This document shows, piece after piece, positions 57,525-64,000 of a DNA stretch of 64,000 bases. This stretch comes from Parcubacteria group bacterium. Lineage in GTDB: Bacteria; Patescibacteriota; Patescibacteriia; UBA2169. Below the pieces are notes generated by a model, which was given only the letters and a program-made list of their open reading frames with translations, was not told the origin of the DNA and did no database searches. The stretch's first letter is position 1, and each line of letters starts with the position of its first letter. The DNA lies in assembly GCA_016181765.1 (NCBI GenBank), contig JACOYR010000001.1, forward strand, positions 93,062-157,061, read 5' to 3'. Made by a program: the position numbers and the translations under genes.

Positions 57525-58379
57525 TTATAATGCCTCCAGCACAAACCCCACTTTGCGATGGCCGAATCCGCCCATGTTAAACGGCACGAGTAGCTCTACA
57601 TCGCCAACGTCGTTTTTGAGCGCGCGATTATCTGGAGTGTCTGTTTTTATGGCAACGCGGGAGAGGAGCTTAAATCCCGACTCGATAAAAAAATGTTCTA
57701 ATTCTTGATAGCGCCACTCATGCTCGCCGTTGTCGCGACGCGTCAAGGTCATGTTTTCATCAAGGTAATTTTTCCGCAGATACTCTTTGTCGTACACAAT
57801 ATTGAGCATACGCTCAATTTCCGAATCAGGAGTGCTGTTGTTGTGCGCTCGGTCGATAATAACAAGCCTGCCTCCCTTTTTAAGCACGCGGCGGCACTCG
57901 GAAAGTGTTTTCACGGGCTCGTACGAATGGTGGATGGAATCCCAGGAAACCGCAAAATCCATGCTCGCGTCCGGAAGCTCCAGATTGTTAAAGTCCCCAA
58001 CCACGGAAACAATTTTATCCGCGCGGTCGCCAAGAATGCTTTGTTTGATAATGGGCTGGCACAGCTTAACCAGCTCTTCGGTGTATTCCACGCAATGGAT
58101 GTCTTTAACTTCTTCTTTCCGCGCGATGATGGAGGAAATGCACGCAATACCGCCGCCCAGATCCACACCGCGGCCTTGAAAACTATCCCATGCCAATGGA
58201 AGGAGTTTGAATGTCTTTTCCACATCCTCGGGGGTAATAAAAATATATTGGATAGCAATGTCGCGGTAATGCTTGCCCGCGAGTTCATGCGCCAAGGTCT
58301 TTCCAACCAAAAACTCATGCTCATTGATTGGCTGCTGAATTTTTTTCCAAACTTGGTAGGTGTTGTTTTGCATACGCAC
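57525..58379 (-). CDS. Class I SAM-dependent methyltransferase
   Basis: Motif I is GVDLGGGIA and the acidic post-I residue is HCVEYTEE. Confidence 0.65.
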   Translation of the reverse strand: MRMQNNTYQVWKKIQQPINEHEFLVGKTLAHELAGKHYRDIAIQYIFITPEDVEKTFKLLPLAWDSFQGRGVDLGGGIACISSIIARKEEVKDIHCVEYTEELVKLCQPIIKQSILGDRADKIVSVVGDFNNLELPDASMDFAVSWDSIHHSYEPVKTLSECRRVLKKGGRLVIIDRAHNNSTPDSEIERMLNIVYDKEYLRKNYLDENMTLTRRDNGEHEWRYQELEHFFIESGFKLLSRVAIKTDTPDNRALKNDVGDVELLVPFNMGGFGHRKVGFVLEAL

Positions 58380-58382
58380 AAA

Positions 58383-58961
58383 TTACTTTTGACGGGCCAG
58401 CAGCTGGGCTTCGGCCTTTTTAAAATCTTCTTCAGTATGGATATCAACGGCATCGTCGACAATCAGCAGTTCCGGCTCCGGATTCCACGCGTCAAGATAA
58501 TTCTCCAAACGTTCCCGCGAAAGCGCCCACACGGAGCCGTACACGCAATTTTTTGGCTCGTAGCCGCGGATTGGGTATGTGGTCATGATTTCATTATACC
58601 CATAACGCTCCATAAGCTCTTTTGTTTGCTGGATGATTTCCGACCTGGTTGTCGGTGAGTCCGCCTTGACCGCGACAATGCCATCCGGGTTGTCCATGTG
58701 TTCAAAAGCGTGTTGGTACACATCAATGTTCGGCACATCGCTTTTGCATAGCTCGACCGGCCGCTTAATGGGGCAGGCGCCGAGCTTTTTGCTTTCTTCA
58801 AGAATAAAATCCGAATCAGAGCTTACATACACCTCATCAAACAAATCAAGGCACTTTTCCAAATTCCACACAAACATTGGTTTGCCGCAAAAATCCCTGA
58901 AATTTTTATCCGGCAAACGCTTGCTTTCTTTTTTGGCTATCATGAGTGCAACGGTTCTCAT
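58383..58961 (-). CDS. Short cytidylyltransferase-like protein (CTP_transf_3-like), copy 3
   Basis: MIAKKESKRLPDKNF...GKPMF resembles the NeuA/PseF N-terminus. The protein is shorter at 192 aa. Confidence 0.5.
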   Translation of the reverse strand: MRTVALMIAKKESKRLPDKNFRDFCGKPMFVWNLEKCLDLFDEVYVSSDSDFILEESKKLGACPIKRPVELCKSDVPNIDVYQHAFEHMDNPDGIVAVKADSPTTRSEIIQQTKELMERYGYNEIMTTYPIRGYEPKNCVYGSVWALSRERLENYLDAWNPEPELLIVDDAVDIHTEEDFKKAEAQLLARQK

Positions 58962-59608
58962 ACAATCTCCGGAGCTGCGCCATAGTTTGCGCGGATGCGC
59001 AAATGGCGGTGAATATTAAAACCTTTTTTGCTTTTGGCTTTCCAGTCGCAATACCGGCCAACGTATATCTGGTCGCCATTGCCATCCGTGTCTGAACACC
59101 AGATAAAATCATGTTTCCAGAGCGTGCCACCTTTTGTGTGCAGATAGTACGCAAAAAAGGTAAACGCGGCGAGTATTGCTGATGGAAACAATTTCCGGCC
59201 TTTTATGCGCGATGGCTCCTTGCCGCGCGTTGCGGATTTGATACTCGCGCTGACCAGGTGCCATTGCGCTCCCAAAGCCTGAGATGCAAATCTTTCTTTA
59301 AGGTACCAGTCCTGATTATAAAAACACGGCTGTTTTTTTGGATTCATCCCGAACCGATTACGCATATTGTTGATGGTTACATTTTTGCCGCTCTTAAACT
59401 TTGGAACACCCAGAATCAACACAGCGCTTGCGCGGTACTTTTTAAGTGTCTGCGCGGAAAAAGGAATTTTCGGTGATTTTAATACGCGCGCAATGCTCAG
59501 TTGTGAACTGATTGCATTAAGCTCATCCGGCCCAATAAAATTCCTGCCCATTATTTTTTTAGCTACTGCAATATCCATATATGACGTTATGCTTGCGCCT
59601 CTTTCCAT
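58958..59608 (-). CDS. Hypothetical protein
   Basis: The 216 aa ORF is in-operon with 4-nt overlaps. No family recognised. Confidence 0.4.
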   Translation of the reverse strand: MERGASITSYMDIAVAKKIMGRNFIGPDELNAISSQLSIARVLKSPKIPFSAQTLKKYRASAVLILGVPKFKSGKNVTINNMRNRFGMNPKKQPCFYNQDWYLKERFASQALGAQWHLVSASIKSATRGKEPSRIKGRKLFPSAILAAFTFFAYYLHTKGGTLWKHDFIWCSDTDGNGDQIYVGRYCDWKAKSKKGFNIHRHLRIRANYGAAPEIV

Positions 59609-60174
59609 TCTTGATATTTGAATGCGTCTTGGATTGATGCGACATGGCCCCTTGCGGAATATTCCTCTATCTTTTGAATCTCGCCTTCAAACAATTCTTT
59701 GCGATTCTTGTCAATGACTTTTGCAAACCACGCCAAATCTCGTGCGGGCGAATTATATATCTGAATCTTGAGATTGGCGTTTTTCATTGCCTGTAAAAAT
59801 GTGAGGTATGCCCGCAACTGGTGATAGTGTGAAGCAACCAGAATGATTTTCTGCCAACCGCGCTCGGCAATAATTTTCATAACTTCCGTACCTTGTTCAA
59901 ATGTGTTTTGTGATGCCGATTCAAGAATGATCTTTTCTTTGGGAATGTCTCTTGCGTACAGTTCCTCAGCAAGTCCCGGGGCTGGAATGGCAACTTCCGG
60001 GTTTCCCTCAAATCCACCCGAAACCACGACATAATCCGCGAGTCCTTGTTCAAAAATTCGAATAACTTCATCACGTCGCGCCAAACCATCCCCCTCAAGC
60101 AAAACAACTGCATCAGATTTTTTCACCGTGTCATTGCTCACGATAGCGACAATTATTGCAAGTTCTGTATTCAT
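59587..60174 (-). CDS. DUF218/YdcF-like (SanA/ElyC-family) protein
   Basis: The pattern DAVVLLEGDG...VVVSGG...ILVASHYHQLRA is consistent with DUF218. Confidence 0.55.
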   Translation of the reverse strand: MNTELAIIVAIVSNDTVKKSDAVVLLEGDGLARRDEVIRIFEQGLADYVVVSGGFEGNPEVAIPAPGLAEELYARDIPKEKIILESASQNTFEQGTEVMKIIAERGWQKIILVASHYHQLRAYLTFLQAMKNANLKIQIYNSPARDLAWFAKVIDKNRKELFEGEIQKIEEYSARGHVASIQDAFKYQEWKEAQA

Positions 60175-60178
60175 ACAT

Positions 60179-61243
60179 TTAAGCCACATCATCCCACTTA
60201 ATTGGCTCGCCCGCAGAAATGTCGCGCTTAGCCGGTTTGCCGATAATGTCTTTTTTGTGTTTCGGCAGAATACCGAGTGCCGGACGCAGTTCTATGACAT
60301 TCTCTCCACTAAATGCCTCGCCCTTTTTGACATCAACCTTGGCGCACAAACCGCGCCGCTGGACAATCACGGTTTCCGATTCTTCGGGGACAACTTCTTT
60401 TTTTGCGCTTCCGAGCGCTTGCTCCATCTCCCTGACTCTCCGGACCATTGCGCCAAACTCTTTTGGGTCCATTGAATGCGGATGATCCGGCCCGTGCGCG
60501 CTCTTATCAAGCGTAAAGTGCTTTTCAATCACTTTGCCGCCGAGCGCAATTGAGCCGAGCACCACCGTGTCCCCTGGCGTGTGGTCCGAGTATCCGGTAA
60601 TAATGCCATAGGATTCCTGGTACGTCTTTAGTACATTTAGGTTTGCGCTCTCGATTTTTGAAGGATAATTGGTAATGCATTGCAAAAGCGCCAAATCTAT
60701 ATTGCCGGTTGCGGCAATGGCGGCAACTGCCTCATCCACTTCCGCGAGTGTTGATGCTCCGGTGGCAAGAATTACCGGCTTTCCTTTGCGGGCAATGTAC
60801 TCAAGCATTTCAAGCCAGGTAATGTCCCCGGAGCCGATTTTATAAAAATCAACTCCGCATTCTTCCATAAGGTCAACCGCCTCAAAATCGTACGGCGCGC
60901 TGGATGCCATAATGCCGATTGATTTGCAGTAGTCAAAAAACTCTTTATGCCACTCGCGAGGAAATTCCGCTTCTTTAAAAATTTCATCGACTGGCCTGCC
61001 CCAGCTGCCGTGCACGCCTTTGAGTTGCATGGACGCAAAACCTTTGCCGGATACGATCTTGGGCGCGAGAAAGCTTTGGATTTTAACCACATCGCCGCCC
61101 GCTTGTTTGACCGCCAAAGCAAGCTCCTTTGCCTTATCCAAATTGCGGTCAAAATTCGCGCCAATATCAGCAATAATCAGTGCTGGCTGACCTTCGCCGA
61201 TTAACCTGCCCCCTATATTGATTGTTTTGGGAAAATTATACAT
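60179..61243 (-). CDS. NeuB-family nonulosonic acid synthase, copy 3
   Basis: The start is the internal Met (MYNFPKTINIGGRLIGEGQPALIIADIGANF). It has GYSDHT and a C-terminal SAF domain. Confidence 0.75.
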   Translation of the reverse strand: MYNFPKTINIGGRLIGEGQPALIIADIGANFDRNLDKAKELALAVKQAGGDVVKIQSFLAPKIVSGKGFASMQLKGVHGSWGRPVDEIFKEAEFPREWHKEFFDYCKSIGIMASSAPYDFEAVDLMEECGVDFYKIGSGDITWLEMLEYIARKGKPVILATGASTLAEVDEAVAAIAATGNIDLALLQCITNYPSKIESANLNVLKTYQESYGIITGYSDHTPGDTVVLGSIALGGKVIEKHFTLDKSAHGPDHPHSMDPKEFGAMVRRVREMEQALGSAKKEVVPEESETVIVQRRGLCAKVDVKKGEAFSGENVIELRPALGILPKHKKDIIGKPAKRDISAGEPIKWDDVA

Positions 61244-61247
61244 ACGC

Positions 61248-62024
61248 TTACGTAATCGTAAACCCTCCATCAACCGGTATGACCGCGCCGGAGATATAGC
61301 GCGAAGCATCGCTCGCCAAGAAAACCACAACGCCTTTTATGTCATCGGCCTCTGCCATGCGGCCCAGAGGAACTTTTTTAGTATACTGCTCAACAAACCG
61401 CTCGCTCTGATTATTAAACAACCCGCCCGGCGCAATACAGTTAACTCTGATGCCGTCTTTTGCAAGCAGAGAAGCCAGATACTTGGAAAACATAATCATG
61501 CCGCCCTTGTGATACGGATAATCCGGCTCTGTCTGCAAATCTGTCCTTTGGTAGACATTCTGATCCGGCGCAACCAATCCATAGATTGAGCTGACGTTGA
61601 TAATTGAGCCGCCTTTCTCTTTCATTGCTCGCGCGAATGCACGGCAGGTGATAAAGAGGCCGCGGGCGTTTACGGCCATGGAGCGATCCCAATTTTCTAC
61701 GGTATCGTCAAAAAATTTCTTCATAGGCCGCTCCACAGCACAATTGACCAGGATATCCGGCGTCTTGAATTTCTTGGTAACCTCCTGCAAGCACGATACG
61801 ACGCTGGCCTCGTCTGACTGGTCCATCGCAAACCCTTCAGCAATCAGACCTTGCGCCTTTAATCTGCCGGCCGCATCATCACACCGTTCTTTACTCTTGG
61901 ACGCAACGCACACATTCGCTCCTGCCTCTGCCAAGGCCTCGCTGATGGGGAGTCCGATTTTGCCGGCCCCGCCAATAACCACCGCACATTTCCCCTGCAA
62001 TGAATATAAATCCCTAATATGCAT
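61248..62024 (-). CDS. SDR-family oxidoreductase (FabG-like)
   Basis: VVIGGAGKIG, NVSS and YxxxK (YHKGGMIMFSK). Confidence 0.8.
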   Translation of the reverse strand: MHIRDLYSLQGKCAVVIGGAGKIGLPISEALAEAGANVCVASKSKERCDDAAGRLKAQGLIAEGFAMDQSDEASVVSCLQEVTKKFKTPDILVNCAVERPMKKFFDDTVENWDRSMAVNARGLFITCRAFARAMKEKGGSIINVSSIYGLVAPDQNVYQRTDLQTEPDYPYHKGGMIMFSKYLASLLAKDGIRVNCIAPGGLFNNQSERFVEQYTKKVPLGRMAEADDIKGVVVFLASDASRYISGAVIPVDGGFTIT

Positions 62025-62907
62025 ACTGACCTTCTAAAATTACGTTTGCTATCTTAACGGTATCGTTATACGAAACCGGCCTTTTTCCGGTTTCAACCAT
62101 ATTCACAAATGATTCCAGCATCTTGCGGAAACTGTAGAAGAAATCCGTAAACGGAACAACATACGGCTCTCTGTCTGCGGAAAACACCGTGAACTGAATG
62201 GGCAAATGCGCGTCTTTAATGCACTCCAGTATCACATTCAAACCTGATCGATATTTAATTTGGACAATATCGTGATCTTTTTTGCCTGGCAGAGGTTTGA
62301 CTGACTCAATATCTAATCCGAATATCTCCGCAATTCCCTCAAGTAAGTGGTGCCCATACCGCATCCACGATTCCCGGCTTACGCCGTGGACTGTCCGGAC
62401 AGAACCAAGATCTATGTCTTTTTTTGCTTTTGCAACGTCCCGTGTAAACCGGGAACTAGAGCCCGCCATAAACGGATATTCCAGGCCGGTCAGCTTTTCG
62501 AATTCGACAAGCTCCTGCTTGGTTGCCGCAATTTGCTTATCAATAAACAGCGGCACGCGCTTTTCTAAAAATGGCTTTGCCATCTCTAAATGATTCTCTA
62601 CATCATCCCGCGCAAGAATGACCGCATCAACCTTTCCGATTAAATCCGTATAATTATCAACGATATTCTGAATCTTTGATACTGCGGCAACATCTTCTGA
62701 AAGCTTCTTATCCTGCGTCCAGACGTGCGTGACTTTCGCGCTATCAAGCATGTTCTCGTTGCGGTGCTCACGGGGCAAATATTCGCGGATCAGCTCATAC
62801 GGACAGCGCTTTTCCAGCTCGCCGGGATCATACCCGTTAAAAATCGCGGAATACGAAAACGGATGCCCGTTGCCTTCGTTTAATCCTATAATGCCTAAGG
62901 TAATCAT
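62014..62907 (-). CDS. Putative oxidoreductase (divergent Gfo/Idh/MocA-like)
   Basis: N-terminal GIIGLNEGNGH Rossmann-like start. The family is uncertain. Confidence 0.4.
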   Translation of the reverse strand: MITLGIIGLNEGNGHPFSYSAIFNGYDPGELEKRCPYELIREYLPREHRNENMLDSAKVTHVWTQDKKLSEDVAAVSKIQNIVDNYTDLIGKVDAVILARDDVENHLEMAKPFLEKRVPLFIDKQIAATKQELVEFEKLTGLEYPFMAGSSSRFTRDVAKAKKDIDLGSVRTVHGVSRESWMRYGHHLLEGIAEIFGLDIESVKPLPGKKDHDIVQIKYRSGLNVILECIKDAHLPIQFTVFSADREPYVVPFTDFFYSFRKMLESFVNMVETGKRPVSYNDTVKIANVILEGQYAY

Positions 62908-63932
62908 ATATTCTCACCGCCGTCGACGTGTACTTTAATCAGCTCCCTAAGCTGTTCAGCCGAAAGCCATTCTTTGTTCTTGTCGCTTGTATACTCAAAC
63001 CCTTCTGCGCATCTGCTGCCTCCGAATTCTTGAATGTATTCCTCTTCGGACCACTTTTTTCGGGATGGCATAATAGCGAAACGGTCGCCAAAATCCACCG
63101 CCGAAAGCGAATCGTTTGCGGTTATCATTTCTTCGTGCAGTTTTTCGCCGGGGCGGACGCCGATTACCTCCTGTTTACAGTCAGGCGCGACCGCGGTTGC
63201 CAGGTCCGTAATTTTGTAGCTTGGGATCTTTGGGATAAATATCTCCCCGCCCCACATGCGGCTTAGGGTTTCCAGGACAAAACGCGCGCCCTGTTCTGCG
63301 GTAATATTAAAACGCGTCATCCGCGGATCCGTAACTGGCAGCACGCCCGAACCCTGCCGCTCGATAAAGTACGGGATCACGCTCCCCCTGCTTCCCATAA
63401 CATTGCCGTAGCGAACTACGGAAAATGCAATGTCCCGGCTGCCTTTAAAGTTATTGGCTGCCACAAACAGCTTGTCCGAACACAGTTTAGATGCTCCGTA
63501 CAGGTTAATAGGCGCTGCCGCCTTATCTGTGGAGAGCGCCACAACTTTTTTAACACTGGAATCAAGGCACGCCTCAATCACGTTCTGCGCGCCCATAATG
63601 TTGGTCTGTATGCACTCAAACGGATTGTACTCGGCGGTAGTAACCTGTTTTAAGGCCGCGGCATGGATTACGTAATCAATGCCTTCCATGGCCCGCCGCA
63701 GGCGGGCCTGATCGCGCACGTCACCGATAAAGTAGCGCATTTTGGCGTCGCGTCCGTACTCCCCGGCCGGATACTGCTTGGCCATTTCGTACTGCTTAAG
63801 CTCGTCACGCGAATAAATAACAACTCTCCGCACGCCGGGATACTGCTCGTGAATCACTTTCACCAGCGCATGGCCGAGAGATCCTGTCCCTCCGGTAATA
63901 AGTATGGAAGCGTTTTGTAAAGTAGTATCCAT
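62904..63932 (-). CDS. UDP-N-acetylglucosamine 4,6-dehydratase (PseB/FlaA1-like), paralog 2
   Basis: ILITGGTGSLG, YSRDELKQ and YGASK are strongly PseB-like. Confidence 0.8.
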   Translation of the reverse strand: MDTTLQNASILITGGTGSLGHALVKVIHEQYPGVRRVVIYSRDELKQYEMAKQYPAGEYGRDAKMRYFIGDVRDQARLRRAMEGIDYVIHAAALKQVTTAEYNPFECIQTNIMGAQNVIEACLDSSVKKVVALSTDKAAAPINLYGASKLCSDKLFVAANNFKGSRDIAFSVVRYGNVMGSRGSVIPYFIERQGSGVLPVTDPRMTRFNITAEQGARFVLETLSRMWGGEIFIPKIPSYKITDLATAVAPDCKQEVIGVRPGEKLHEEMITANDSLSAVDFGDRFAIMPSRKKWSEEEYIQEFGGSRCAEGFEYTSDKNKEWLSAEQLRELIKVHVDGGENI

Positions 63933-64000
63933 ATCGTTCTGATTAAAGACCCAAAGCGCTGGACAAGGCTTTGGATAAGTTAGTAAGATTATCGTCGTGG

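Overview
The window looks like a cell-surface glycan biosynthesis supercluster from a compact bacterial genome, possibly a small-genome uncultivated lineage (CPR/Patescibacteria-like), though that placement is uncertain. Gene overlaps of the ATGA type are pervasive and there are no rRNA, tRNA or CRISPR features. All calls are read from the sequence and ORF translations only, so family names rest on recalled motifs and carry uncertainty. Layout: 0-4.5 kb carries a dTDP-rhamnose gene fragment (rfbB, rfbC) interrupted by a low-GC restriction-modification island with an orphan HicB-like gene. 4.5-8.3 kb is a mosaic accessory patch holding a DUF4258/DUF2283 pair, a putative HNH nuclease and unknown ORFs. 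6.6-17 kb holds glycosyltransferases, a large polytopic membrane protein, and UDP-sugar enzymes (a UDP-glucose dehydrogenase, a 4-epimerase and a UXS-like decarboxylase). 17-22 kb holds a secreted S8 peptidase with FG-GAP repeats, a TPR protein and an O-antigen-ligase-TPR fusion. 22-27 kb is an RND efflux pair. 27-29 kb holds two secreted Ser/Thr/Gly-rich surface proteins. 29-34 kb is a plus-strand exopolysaccharide operon: priming phosphotransferase, GT4, UXS-like and UDP-GlcA-epimerase-like genes. 34-64 kb is a roughly 30 kb co-directional minus-strand array that appears to encode several nonulosonic (sialic-acid-like) sugar pathways. It has three NeuB-type synthases, two hydrolysing UDP-GlcNAc 2-epimerases, three cytidylyltransferases and two PseB-type dehydratases. 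It also has a DegT aminotransferase, a WbpG/HisH/HisF amidotransferase trio, three SAM methyltransferases, a frameshifted carbamoyltransferase and two TagF-like transferases. Two previously unreported repeat families stand out. Four copies of a ~40 bp SD/anti-SD palindrome are inserted in-frame inside glycosyltransferase and membrane-protein genes. Three copies of a ~90-105 bp intergenic palindromic element sit at gene boundaries, two of them directly upstream of the UXS-like paralogs.
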